Shown: positions 26,333 through 39,547, counted from the stretch's first letter. The stretch: 64,000 nt of DNA from Adineta vaga (GCA_021613535.1 CP075493.1:16740001-16804000); one strand, 5' to 3'. A program made the numbers and translations. Notes: generated by a model from the sequence alone, not told the origin.

Positions 26333-26392
26333 CTTGATAGGGTGTGGGTAGGTTAAGAGTATAGCCTGACCCACACCTACACGCACTACATG
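26333..26392. repeat. Inverted telomeric-repeat element between convergent genes
   Basis: cttgatagggtgtgggtaggt-taagagtatagcctg-acccacacctacacgcactacatg; abuts the stop codon at 26393. Confidence 0.85.
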
Positions 26393-28561
26393 TTACAACT
26401 GATTGAGTGGAAATTGTTTAAAAATAATATTACCGATATATCGAGCGCCATACTTCGTTGTATGTTCACCATCATATGAAATTATTTTTCCTTCTTCAGT
26501 AAAGATAGGACATGTACCATTATCATAGACACATGTCATACTCAACACATCGACAAATATTAATGGATTTAGAATTCGTTTCATCATTGTATTTAATTTG
26601 ACAAATTTATTGAGTGGTGGTAGGAATTGTTGTACACGATACTTATAGGATTTATGTATAAATAACATTCGATTCACTAGGCCAAAATTTTTCACCCCTA
26701 TGACAAAGAGTTTTTGACTTTGACTTAGCTGTAGTGATTTTATTGTCGTTGGCAATCGTTGAGCACTCCATTCAAACCAATGAGCTGCTAAAATTATAAC
26801 GTTTGCTTGTTTGATAAGTGGTAGTGCAAGTCTAATATCGTTATCATTGATACAAAGTTGTCTTTGTGCTGACGGTATCCATTGAAGTCGATCTTCGGGA
26901 CCCATATAAATCTGACAAAAGACTCGAACATAATGACAACGTACTTCGTAGTCAGGTAGAAAGTGTGTTTCTACCATCATGTTTATGAAATCTTGAGCAA
27001 AACTATCACCTATAAGTAAAAGTCTTCGATTAGTCGTTGCTGATTCAACAGAAAACGTTCGATGCGCTTCCATAAGGTTATTAAATCTTCGGGTTACATA
27101 GTTGGAAAGTTCGATGGGTTCAATATCTTGCATATATGTATCTACTTCTTCTTCTTCTTCTAGGTTCAATGATCGGTTATGTCCTGATTTGGTAGCAATT
27201 ACTGATCGATGATCAGCAGTGCGAATAAGAAACACTGCAATAAGAACTAAAAGTAATGCTCCTACTGCTGAACCAAAGAATATCTGTTTCTGAGTAAAGA
27301 GAATTCGATTTCGAAATGGTTGTTCAACTACGATGTAGGTTAAAGTAGCAAGTAGAAAAACGGCACCAACAACGAGCATGATATTTGAGACATTTGTCAT
27401 TGTAATTCGTTGTAGACGAAGATAAACCAATAAAGGTTGATGCCAAAGATATACACTATAAGAAATTCGACCTATCCAACATAATAGTCGTGTAGATAAT
27501 AGACGTCCCACTACAGTATCTCGATTTCCATAAATAATAATCAAAGCTGTTCCAAACGTAGGTACTAAAGTGTAACAATTGGGAAATGGAGGAATAGAAC
27601 GATTGTCAAGTAATACTACAGATGCAATGATTAACGATATTCCAATTAAAGCAAAAATCTGCGCCCGAATGTTGGATGATTTCTTAGAACTAACAAATAT
27701 CGATAGTATAATTTTCAAAATAAATCTTTCAATTAAAAAACACTTTCTCGTAGATATGTTAGTGGATATTAGCAATCAAAAATGATTTTATGTACTACTG
27801 TTACCAACTAATCTCAAGCATATCTTCGATTAAAATTAGTCGATTAGAATAGAGAAAGATAATACATACATGACAGAATCATTGGATTTCAAGTAGAATG
27901 CTACGAAAGCACCAAGTAACAATTCCCAAATACGTCCAATAGGCATATAAAACGATGCCCAAGAATGTTGTAGAAACATGTAAAATGTCATATTGGAGAT
28001 TGAGTGAATGTTTCCACCCCATTGTGCAAAACAAAAGCTAAGTAATGCAAGATATCCGAGGAGAACAAACAAATAACGTCGTTTTCTGGCAAATAGGTAG
28101 CATAGTAAGGGAAAGAGAAGGTAGAACTGTTCTTCGACAGCCAAACTCCATGTGTGAACTACTGGATTGAATTCCGTTGGATGAGAGAAGTAATTATCAT
28201 CTTTCCACCAAAAGAATATGTTCGATGAAAAAGTGGCAATAAAGATCAGAGAATAACCAAATTCTCTTAATTGACTAGGTGGCATCCATTGATAGGCAAA
28301 ATAACAAGTAATATATGAAATAACATACAATGCCGGTAAGATTCGACGGCAACGTTTTTCATAGAAACCAATGAGTGAAAATGTTCCTCCACTGAGCTCG
28401 GTATCGATAATTAATGTTATCAAATAGCCGCTAATAACAAAAAATATATCAACACCAACATAACCTCCTGGAACCAAGAGAACAAAGCCTGCATGATACA
28501 AAATAACTGGCAATATAGCAAGTGCTCGCAATCCGTCGATTTCTTTTCGATAAATAAGCAT
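26393..28561 (-). CDS. Acyltransferase-3 + SGNH domain protein (OafA/OatA-like), intron 27869-27690
   Basis: 'YRKEIDGLRALA', 'GVDIFFVISGYLIT', 'HTWSLAVEEQFY', 'GRISYSVYLWHQP', SGNH 'IGDSFA' and 'DGEH'. Confidence 0.9.
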
Positions 28562-28941
28562 GGTCAATACTGCATAGAGACAAATGTATATAAAATCAAG
28601 ACGATTGTACGCGAACTAGTTGATTTGATTGATGAATATGAGAACTGAAAAAAAAGAAAAAAAATTTACATTTTGAAATTGTTATGGACGAGAAAATATA
28701 ATTGAAATGTCTTCCCACACAAATGAATAGAATAAATGAGAAAGAAAAAGCAGTCAATTTCAAATCCTAAAGTTTACTTAAGAATTGGAAGAAAGTATAA
28801 AGAAAGACATTTTATTGATTTCTAGAAAGACTTATTAAAGTTTTTCTCTTTCGCGGAGTAATTGCGCAAACAAGTTTCTATTCATGTAGTGAAAATAATC
28901 AAACATAAACATGTCTTTGTCCACCAAGTTATTTTGAATCT

Positions 28942-29003
28942 CATCTTGAGGGTGAGGATGCGTGCAAGTCAGTGTTTCTATCCACCTTCACTCACAACCA
29001 CCA
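28942..29003. repeat. Inverted telomeric-repeat element, degenerate
   Basis: catcttgagggtgaggatgcgtg...tccaccttcactcacaaccacc. Confidence 0.65.
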
Positions 29004-29166
29004 TTTTTTTTCATCAAATAATGACAATTACAAGGGTCACAATGATAATTATGAGGAAAAAAATAAAAATATCTAGAAAGTTGAACATAGGATTTAAGAT
29101 GAAGAAGGAAAGGTATGACTAAAATTGTGAGAGAGAGAAAATAAGATTGATTATTGTCAGTTTCTT

Positions 29167-30947
29167 TTATGTAACAACTAACGTGCGATCCTCGTCGATG
29201 AGTATCTCCTTGATGGGTATAGTTGTTGAACTTGTATTTTGTTTTATATTTCTACTTTTAATCGAGTTACGTAGATTGTCACACATCACTTTGCCAAAAT
29301 TTTGTTTTAAACGAATCGAATCATGCTTTGCTTTAGATAAAAATTCGAAAAATGCAATAATTATAGCAAGGCCGAGACCAAAAATCAATACATAAAAGAC
29401 ACCGGCCATGTTAGATAAATGTAATTGCATCATAGATCTTAAATCTTTTTTCGTTTGTAGCTTCGTACATTCGGATCTTTCATAGAACCATTTCTGTTTG
29501 AGTTGTTTAAGAAAACCGTTGTCATGAAGTTCAAGTATGGCAATATTAATTGCTTTACGTAAGTCAGATTTCAATGGTGTTGCGATACCATATTCTTTCG
29601 AATTAATATCTACATGAATGGCCATGGTATCACAAGGAAGATGTTCATTGGTATATTCATTAAATGTAGATTCTGCAAGAAAGACATATCTTCCTAGAAA
29701 ATTGAAGGTTTTAAACATAAAAAACAATTTCAATATAATCAAATGTACCTTTTGCTTGTCGTACTTTTTCAATTCCGGCACGGTATGATGATACGAAAGC
29801 ATCGTCTTTATGCTTTTGCATAAAATTCCACATATTTTGAATCATATCATTATTTGATTTATTAAAAAAATTCATGGTTGAACTATCTTTTAATATTCCA
29901 TATCGAATTGTAGTTTGTTTCGAAAGATCTTCTAATGATTCTATAGGTAATATCATTCTTGAGGAAAAAGGATATAATGCGATCAAACTAGCAATATATA
30001 TTGAGAAGAAAATTAAACAAAATAACCACCAAACACTGATAGCAACACGACCTATAAAATAATACAAACTATGTCAAATAAAAATCATTGAATATATATA
30101 TTTAGATGAAAATACCTGCGATTGAACGAGAAATATTCCAATGCATGAAACAAGTCAATGGAAAACAAAGAGCAGTGCACATTGAAAATGTATCATGTTT
30201 GTTTTGAGGATAAGATTCATAATTTATAATTCGATTGATAAATAATAAGATAATACTAACGAGAATATACGAAAGAAGAACATAAAACCATACAGTTTTG
30301 GACATGGGAAATAAGAAGAAGAATAATTCCTATATTCAAAAATTAATAATATGATAAATTTAGTTGTAATTTTAACAAATAATATCACCGGTTTCTGTTT
30401 GGCAGACTTTAACATTATCATAGACATGTCAGAGGTCATAATTGATTGTGTAAAATCTACAAATTTCTCACGTGCAGCATTAATGATTAGTGGTGCTACT
30501 GCTAAATCAGCTTTGTGATTTATCAACGCACCCATCATACCATTCCATACTCCATTGGTAGCCCGATGGCCATATTTAGTCTCGATGAGAAATTTATATG
30601 AAATGTTCAATCTTTCATGACATATTGTATGTGCTAAATCAGCAGAATAACCTTCGACCATTGATGGATCAAGTATTGTTCCTTGAGTAATAGTTTGTTC
30701 CGAGAATGTTCCATTGTGATTGTGTTTCAGCATCATAAATGGTTCTTCGAAAATAGTGGTAATTAATCGTGTTCGATTAATCGATAACATTCCATAGTCA
30801 TTCCTTTCATTTCCAAGAATCTCAATTAAAACAAGAGTTTTATACTGATAGAAAAGTTTCTTTCATACTTACTCCATTTATTGGTAATACATGAGAATTT
30901 ATCGTTAATAGAAGACCAATGATGGCAACGTACATGATGAGAATCAT
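29167..30947 (-). CDS. Ionotropic glutamate receptor-like channel lacking the amino-terminal domain (multi-exon)
   Basis: Signal peptide; S1 'TTIFEEPFMM', 'GYSADL', 'WNGMMGALINHKADLAVAPLIINAAREKFVDFT'; M3; S2 'IESLEDL', 'YGIATP', 'LKQKWFY'; M4. Confidence 0.85.
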
Positions 30948-31677
30948 TTATAGTTTCTATTAAATTAATCTAGAAAAGATTATTGTTAATAAATATAAAG
31001 TAAACGATATGGAAACGCATTTTTTCCGACTATCTCTTTTAGGGAGTCATAATATATCATTGATATCTATATAAGACTTAACTCGAACAAAACAATTTTT
31101 CTTCTACGAGATATAAACAAAGAGAGAACACACTTCTTTATGAAAATAGATTATTTGGAGAAGACAACCGAGAAGAACGTTTATCGTCAACAAGACAAAT
31201 CCATTATGTACTGAATGAGATTTGAGAAGAAAATAAAAAAATTAGTAGAACAAAATGTAGGTATAATATGCGCTGATGACAAATGATTATATGATAGCAT
31301 AATCATAGTATTGAAGAGTACAGTTTAATAGCCAATATTTTCTTTGTTCGCCTTCTTGTTGTTATCTCTTTCTCTTAATTCTTTTCTCAAATAAGTTAAA
31401 CATCTGTAGTCCATCTTGCTATAATTATCTACGTTATATATCGTTTTTTTTTCTTTTCTTTCTTTCTTTCTTTCTTTCTTCTTTTTGTGTGTTTGAGAGT
31501 ATATCAATAACTAATAATTCATTTATAACTGTACTGTTTCTTATATGTATCAATGAAATATATTTTCTTTCGAAAAAAAACGCAGAAGAAAAATATCGAC
31601 AACAACAAGATTCAGTTTTTTCATGTTTACGTTAAGCTGCAGAGAAATATTAAAGTAATTTTACCACTAGATTGCAT

Positions 31678-31740
31678 CATCTTCAGGGTGTGTTTGTGGA
31701 TACTATATCCATCTAACACCCACACCCATCTGTCTACCTC
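31678..31740. repeat. Inverted telomeric-repeat element
   Basis: catcttcagggtgtgtttgtgg...acacccacacccatctgtctacctc. Confidence 0.7.
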
Positions 31741-31907
31741 TGTCGAATAATAAAGATAGACGAATACTTGCGTATATCATAGGTAGGAAGAATCTACCAA
31801 TCTTTTTTTCATATCTATTTCGAATACGTATATCTCTATAAGAAGGTTATTTGTTTTTTTTTCTTCAAAAATAAATTTTTGTTTTAGAAAACAAGTAAAA
31901 AGACTGA

Positions 31908-33175
31908 ATGGAGAATAATCATTTTATTAATAATACTTTCGAAGAACTTGATGATGCGAATCGTAATCCAATAATTGGCTATGAGAATTTATCTGCTATG
32001 ACATTAGAAGACTCGATAAAAGAAATAATTCCATTAGTTTCCGAAGTCAAAGATTATGTATCAAGAGCTAAACTCAAATGTAAAAAACATTCAACTTCAT
32101 TGACTGAAGATGAATCCGCATCAATATATCTTTATTCAATGCCAATATCGTTTTTTGGTTGTCTTAATGAATCTCTTCGAGCAAAAAATCGGCAAGCTCT
32201 CAAACCATGGTTTACTTTTTTAAAATTATTCTTCAATGCTCTTGAAAAACTTCCGTCAACAAATGCAACTATCTGGTGAGGTGTTTCCGATGACGTCGGT
32301 TCAATCTTTGCTGACAGTCTAAATCGAATATGGTGGAGTGACAATTCTTGTTCGAAAAATCTCGCAGTAGTTGAAAGATATTTAGGACAGACAGGTACTG
32401 TGTTTGCTATTGATACAATTAATGGTAAAGATATTTCAACATATTCAACATTTCCAAAAGAAAAAGAAATCATTCTTATGCCTGGTACACATGTTACTCC
32501 GAAATGTCAATCATTAAATTTTGACAATCGATTTTTTCTTATTCATCTAAAAGAAGAAAGGTTAGCCTCGAATGTTCAAAACAAAGCTATATTGATACAA
32601 AAGAATCATCTTTTTCTATCATAGTGAATTAGAACTAAATGTAAATCAGCGATTGGAAGTTGTATATCAGGTAAATCAAGAAAAGAATAGCATCAAACTC
32701 TTCATTATTCTTCCCTCTTTTTTTCTTAGATTAATCCAAGAATTTCTGCAGGATTTTCTTTCGTTAATTATTTTAATAATTTGTTTGGTAGTAATGTAAC
32801 ATATGTGGCCATAGTGGATATTCAACATCTGACAATCAATAGATTTATATCTGTTTTCATATCGAAATCTTGTCATTAGAAACTATTCGTCTGGCAATCA
32901 GAAAAGAACTCAATCTTTCCATAGAAGATCATTGGGAAAATGTTACAAACAATAAATTGTATAAAGTTTTATATCGATCTGTTCATGAACAAAAACGTTC
33001 AACTGCTTTTGAATTTCTAACGATTATTTCACAAGATCGAACATGGTTGATTCCTAACTATAAAATTGAAGCTAATCGTTCATTTATTGTCACAAGAGAA
33101 CGTAAGATTATGTCTCAAATATATGGTGGTAATCTTTGGACAGATGAAAATGGACAAAAATATTATCCCCAATAA
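31908..33175 (+). pseudogene. ADP-ribosyltransferase pseudogene; TGA at the catalytic-Arg position
   Basis: 'LTEDESASIYLYS', 'LKPWFTFLKLF..ALEKLPS', 'IW*G' (WRG expected), 'NSCS', 'KEKEIILMPGT'; disrupted downstream exons, 3' end approximate. Confidence 0.75.
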
Positions 33176-33272
33176 ACGACTTTCATACAATGTGATAATA
33201 ATCTGATATTTTCTTTTATCCATATTTTGACTTATGAGATAAATGATTAGCGCATTGCTTTGAAGATCTCAC

Positions 33273-33348
33273 CATCTTGAGGGCGTGGATGTGAATACAA
33301 GAGACCGTCATCTACACCCACACCCATCAGTTAATATTCACCCACCCG
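33273..33348. repeat. Inverted telomeric-repeat element
   Basis: catcttgagggcgtggatgtga...ctacacccacacccat...cacccacccg. Confidence 0.8.
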
Positions 33349-33578
33349 TTAAATCGAACTGTGGTCTATTTTTGTCGAGAGTAAAAATATTAAAAATTGT
33401 TTTTTCTTAAATAGCGTATATGTTATTTTCAGAAGTGAATACAAAAGATAAAAAGGACTGAAATAAGAGGTAGAATAAAGTGCATCCATCAGCTTGCCAT
33501 TTTCTCATTGTAATAGATAAAAATAGTGTTATAAATATTTAAAGTAACAATAAATTAGGTTTCAATATACCTATAGTA

Positions 33579-34627
33579 ATGTTTTTGAAAATTGTGTTAA
33601 TATCTGCACTCTTATGTGCATTGATCTATGCTGTAAACGGTGAGTTCATCTATTTAAGTGATAGTTCTCTTCAAATCATCTTATCGAAAAAAAACGTATA
33701 TTTTTCAATTTGTAGCTCATATGGCAGCATGGTCGAAGGGCATGTACTGTATGAAGGTATGGAAAAGAGAAACTTAACGAAGTATTACATTGCATCTTCC
33801 CTAGGGACGTGGAAATGAAGATAATATGAACAATAATTTACCCGTAAATCCTTTGGTTGATTTGACAAAGAAGGACTGGTGGTTTCAACATTTTCAAGGC
33901 TGTGACAAAGAACCACCACCAGACGGAGACTACCTTGAATTACCGGCAGGAGGCTCATTCACGGTTGAGATTGCAACCAATCGTGCTTTTACAACTTTTG
34001 GTCACAATAAAAATTTCGATGGCTATTTTGGTGGCCCACAAGAACTCGAATATACTTCTGGGGGTTGTGTTTCATATCCTAATTTACATACACCAAATCA
34101 AACTGCAGCACCAGGAACAGTTTTTGCTATTTCCTATCAGAATAGTATCGATAAAGTGACACCAGAAAACTTGGTTGTCTTTACTGTAAGAAAGAAAACC
34201 CCTTGGCAAAGACTCACCTCTTACGATGTACCAAAAGATTTACCACCATGTCCTGCAGGTGGTTGTACATGTGCTTGGGGGTGAGTTCATTTCATATTCT
34301 CTGAGAGAATGCTTTATTTTCTTTAATATCAGATGGGTTCCTATGGGCTGTGGACAACCAAATATGTATATGCAAGGTCATAAATGCATAGTTACTGGTT
34401 CAGTTTCTACAAGAAAACTTGCTGTCGCCAAGCCACCAGTATACTGTGAAAATAATCCTTCAAGATGTACAAAAGGAGCAAAACAAATGATTTTCCATTT
34501 TCAAAAAGATGGTAACAATGTATTTAATATTCCAAAAATGCCAACATACAATCAAGTGATGGGCTTTTTTGAAGGTGCTCAGAATGATATTTTTGAAGAT
34601 TCGGATTTAGCATCAAACATAGGCTAA
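33579..34627 (+). CDS. Fungal-type AA14-like lytic polysaccharide monooxygenase, 4 exons
   Basis: Removing intron 33640-33715 gives signal peptide ...VNA|HMAAWSKGMYC (His1); 'NPL..LTKKDWWFQH', 'LELPAGGSFTVE', 'NLH', 'DLPPCPAGGCTCAWGW', 'NMYMQG.KC'. Confidence 0.8.
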
Positions 34628-34766
34628 ATCTTTTGTTTTTTATGAGTTGGTGAAAAATAAATCAATCATTCACTAAACTGATCGACTGAAAAAATTGAAG
34701 AATAGATGTATCATCGAGATAACGAAAAGAATACATCATAATGATCTAGAAAATAATAATGAAGTA

Positions 34767-34814
34767 TTTGAGGGTTAAGATGAATTAGATGCACCCACAC
34801 CCTAAGACAAGATG
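34767..34814. repeat. Short inverted telomeric-repeat element
   Basis: tttgagggttaagatgaattagatgcacccacaccctaagacaagatg. Confidence 0.65.
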
Positions 34815-34836
34815 AACAAAAGAATATGTCAAATAA

Positions 34837-34883
34837 TAAATAACGTTCGTCGAGGGAGACTCGCTTAACCCTCGACTGATTTC
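34837..34883 (-). repeat. 47-bp hairpin repeat (copy of 1238-1284)
   Basis: Reverse complement gaaatcagtcgagggttaagcgagtctccctcgacgaacgttattta. Confidence 0.75.
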
Positions 34884-35654
34884 AATATCATATTATATCT
34901 ATTGAAATCTATATAATATTGTTCGTTTTGCAGTTGGTCATCGGCGTCCCTTCGGTGCGCCACTTTCGACTGCTCAAGTGTGGGAATCGCATTTTTGAAT
35001 CTTAATCGTTGATTTTATTCTCTCTACTGTCGATCGGATTCAAAAGAAAAGTTTTATTCATCAAAAAATATTTCAAGAATATGAAACGACTCAAAATCCG
35101 ATTATCCTTCCTCCACATTAAAGCATCTACCACATATTTATCTTAAATTAGACGATCATTGTAGTTTGAATGGTTTACAAAACGTTTTTATGAATTATTT
35201 TTCTTCTATTCAATAAATCTTTTTTTGTTTGTTATTAGACGAAAAGATCATAAAATATGTTATTCGTCAAATGATATTTCTTGCATCAACGAATCAATTG
35301 ATCATATTCTGATCGGTAGTGAGAAAAAGGTGTTCGATAAGTGTTTGTTTTATTTTCTACGGGCTACGAAACTTGCTCTTGAATCATCATCAACTAATCT
35401 TACTCATATTCTGATAGTTCAATGTAACCATATGTCATTGTGACGAGTTTGACAAAGTTATTATCTTTTGCATCGAATATTGAGAGAAATATTAAAGTTA
35501 CTTTTACACAAACTCAACAATTCAGCCACCTACTTTCTTGAGTCATAATTTTCTTTTTCATGATAAACAGTCCACACAAGATAATATATGAAGGTGAATA
35601 CACAATCGACATTTTTCTTTTTGTTGGGCAATGAAATGATATTTTAGATCCATA

Positions 35655-37430
35655 AATGGAACAATTCAAACACCAACGAAGTAAAAATTTTGATGATCAA
35701 ACGAACAATATTAATAAACACTTAAAATTAATAAAGAATAAGTAATATTCACGAAATATTTGATTATCTTGATTTGTATCATATCTATCAATATTTTTAC
35801 AATCTTAACTATCGATTTCGTTCTCTTCTTCTACAATCAAATCTTCCACTTAAAATCAATCTCTTCCTGATATCTTAAACACCTTTTCATCGTTACAATC
35901 AAGATATAATCTTACCTAATACACAAAGAATTGATACTGAACGAATTGAAAACTATTTCATGTTTAATCAAGATGCACTTGCATTATTACATAAAACATT
36001 TTTTCAAACTCTTATTCTTGAAAATATCGAGTCAACGTGCCTTAATAGTATTCTTGACAAATTAACTTCGTTATTACATCTGTCTGCACTTAGCATCGCT
36101 ACTGTCGAACCCACTAAATGCATAAATTCGATCTATTAAAAAATTTTCGTTTACCTTTATTGAACTATTGGAAATTATCATTAGGAAAGAGTTTTTTGCT
36201 GGTATCTCACCAATGGCAATCAATGAACATAGTCCAATTGAGTATTTGATTATTAATCATGAAATATATTTTGATCAACTGAATGCATTCTTTTCCTACG
36301 TACGTCATCTTCCTCGTTTATCATTCAACTCATTAAAAGGAGATCGAATTCAATCATCATCCGTATTAAAATATCTAACACATGTATCACTTGCATTAAC
36401 TAATTTTATTAATACTATGTTCGATACTCTGGAATATCTCTTGGTCAATTAATTTCTCTGTGTGAAAGTTCTACACATTTCCGCTAGTTGGAGAGATTTT
36501 GATGGGTACAGATGGAAACATATTATATCAACGTATTTACCAAATTGACGTACTTTTTATGCTTTATTTCATATGGATTCACTCACTGATACTCAAAAAC
36601 TGGCGATTGAACAACAGCTAAGCTTTTTCAGGTCATCATTTTGGATTGACCGACAATGATTTTTCGACTATCACTTGACGCAAACAGAATATGGTGGGAA
36701 AAGAATTCTTTATTCAACAATTCCATACAGGTATTGATCTCTGACATTTTTTTCAGAAGAAAAGATTGTGCAATAAGTAATCACTTATTGAATAGTATCC
36801 TTTGTGTAGATGAATATGGAAATATTTTTACGTCAGTTGATCATGTTCATCTTACAAACAAAGAAATCATGGATAAGTGTTTGGATTATTTTTCAAATGC
36901 GACAAAACTTACTTTAGAACGTAGGTTTTCTACAGCTACTACTCAATCAATGCCAATCAGTCTTAGCCGTTTTCTACCTTTAGAACAGTTACAAACTTTA
37001 ACAATCGAATGTGGTCATCTGTCTCTTTTGAAAATGATTTAACTCTTATCTTATATACCTAATCTTCAGACATTAAAATTTGAAAGTATGCCTCTTCACA
37101 CGGAAAGTAAAATATCTATTGAACAAAATGAAATATTTCAATATAATCAGTATCAAAGACAACCCGTGTCATCAATGTTAATTGTTATTCTGACTGTACA
37201 TTAAACGAACTCGAACTACTTGTTAAGTTATTTTCTCGTTTGCAACATCTTCAAATCACTATTACGAATTGTATTAGATAACAATAAACAAAACGTGTCT
37301 GATTTTATTATGTTTCACACGTGTAGGTGAAATTTATCTCAAATATTTAAATAATCTGATCAACTGTGGAGTGATATCTACTGACCAGAAGGCACTACAT
37401 ATTGATAGGACTTTATATTTATGGTGGTAT
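35655..37430 (+). pseudogene. F-box/LRR-like family pseudogene
   Basis: 'EIFDYLDLYHIYQYFYNLNYRFRSLL', 'SPIEYLIINH', 'YFSNATKLTL', multiple stops and frameshifts. Confidence 0.65.
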
Positions 37431-37532
37431 AATGATCATAGTTGTTTACATAGATTTAACATCAATTAATGTATAGAATACTGTCTACATTTGCATTGTT
37501 AGCTTTATATTTCAGTTTTAATATTCTGTTGA

Positions 37533-38231
37533 GGGCCCCCTCAAAAACCGAACTCGGCTTAGGAAAGTTCAAATGGGCTGAAATTTGGAGCATGTGTTAG
37601 GGCTAAACAGAGGAGTCTGTGGTAAAAATTTCAGCTCGATATCACCTTGTTTTCCAGAGATATGGAACAAACAAGGTTAAAAAGCAGGTCATTTTATTTC
37701 CAAGATTTCTCGGTCCAGATCCATGGTAGACTGTTTTTCTTTTTTTTGCTAGAAAGAGCATCTCAGGATGCAGGGCACTGCAGAGCCCTTTTTTTAAATA
37801 GTTACTTTTTCATCGAAAGAAAGGCATCATAAGTTCTGTAAGCTAAAAAATGGGCGCCTAATTATATAAATGTTTTAAATCTTCAATCAAAAACAAAAGT
37901 TAATTAAAAAAAGGACTCTGCAGTGCTCTGCATCTTGACATGCTCTATCAAACAAAACAAAAAATAGAAGTATACCATGGATCCTGACCGAGAAATCTTG
38001 AAAATAAAATTAAGAAACTACAAACGGAGAACAAACGAAAAAGATTTTTGATTTATTGCAAAAAAGCATGATTTTTCAATAGAAATCATGAAGGTTTTTC
38101 AGGAAAAAAGAGGTTTTGAGAAAAAAACTTTATGGTTTCCGAAAGATCCAAAGACGGGCTATCTTCCCATGCATTTATCTCAATTTCGAAAATTTTCTCG
38201 AAAACTGACTTTTTTTGAGGGGAGGGGGGCC
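37533..38231. mobile_element. Non-autonomous DNA transposon (Kolobok-like) with a long internal palindrome
   Basis: Ends gggccccctcaaaaa / ttttttgaggggaggggggcc, flanked by ttga and ttaa; ~37693-37810 is inverted at ~37895-38010. Confidence 0.65.
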
Positions 38232-39003
38232 TTAAAAGATTCACAATGATTGATTTACGTACTTTTGCAGAAATCTTATTTGATACTGAAATATTTCGAT
38301 ATTGGGTTCGTTAGAAAAAATCCTAATTGTAAAAATTTTGTTTGATTGTTATGTAATTTAAAACTTATTTGAAATATAGTTTATGATCGTAATATCCATC
38401 TAAGTATATTGATATATTAGTACATTGATCATAGTTGAACAAAAATAAATAAATACATGTTCTGAAGATTGAAGTAATTCGAAACCGTAGAAATTAGCAA
38501 CAGTCGTAAGCAGTTGTTTAGAAAAGCGATGGAAAGCTAATATAACACATATTTTATATTGTTTTTGATTGAATAATCATAAAATGCTTTCGGTATTGTA
38601 TCAGTTATGATTATACAATTGTATATATCAGATACAGATGAACAATCATTACACTATACGTGATTAAAATTGTTTTTCAAATTGTTTTTATAGTAGAACA
38701 TGTCAATTGACAACGGAATAGTTTTGTTTTATTACTTAATTATATTCTTCGTTTATATAGAAACATTAAATAATCAGATTATCTGAAATAGTTGATATGA
38801 GCAGGATTAGGTTCATGTGACATTAGATTCCAATATAACAGTTATTGTGGATGTGTGCTGACATCATTACTTTCGATTGTTAAAAGATGATTTTAGTTAA
38901 TTATTTTAATGAAGTAGTATTCAAAAACTCAATATATTCGTTTCTAAAATTATCAACTTCGAATTACTTTTATTCTTATTGGATTCTTGAAGAAACCAAT
39001 CGG

Positions 39004-39024
39004 CACACCCTCACCCTCAAGATG
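39004..39024. repeat. One-armed copy of the telomeric element
   Basis: cacaccctcaccctcaagatg. Confidence 0.75.
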
Positions 39025-39280
39025 ACGACTCGCATATAATTTTTTTTCTTATTCTTACGGCTTCCATAAGTACGTAGAAACTCATTTTTCTGCTCTCTGT
39101 CACCAACTTGTGTGCATACTGTGTCTTTTTTCTTTCGTTATATAGTTTTTTACATTACTGTAGCTATATTACTTTAAATGCTAGACAAATATTCTTCCAA
39201 TTGACAATTAAAAAGAGAGATTGTCTTTCAAAAAAATACGATATGTCTTATTGATCACATAATTTATATTCGACTACGAG

Positions 39281-39547
39281 GTGTTATCGTCTGGATCAAA
39301 AGAAATTTGCGTTTTAATCTGGCTTGACGAAAATGATCTTGCAAGAATCGATGATTTAGAGAAGGTAAAAACAGAACTTGAACGAACGATGAATATTGTT
39401 GAAATATTCGATGATGTGGACGAATACGTCGATTTTATTACGGATAGTACAGACTGTCAAATTTTGCTAATAGTTGGTGAATCGATTGCTGAAAGAATTC
39501 TGTCAATACTTCATGAGAACGAACAAATCGAAGTCGTGCATGCTTGA
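39281..39547 (+). pseudogene. Orphan N-terminal domain of the ART-TPR family
   Basis: 'LIWLDEN...IFDDVDEYVDFI...ILLIVG' parallels the N-terminus of ORF 4991-6433 ('FIWLDEE'); no ART follows. Confidence 0.55.

Noticed and set aside
24985-28561. Bacterial contamination or a bacterial operon
   Set aside because: The genes have GT-AG introns and eukaryotic signal/GPI-like ends and are interleaved with GPCR and iGluR genes.
32277-32279. In-frame TGA in the ART gene as selenocysteine or programmed readthrough
   Set aside because: It replaces the catalytic Arg by a single CGA>TGA transition and downstream exons are also disrupted; pseudogenisation is simpler.
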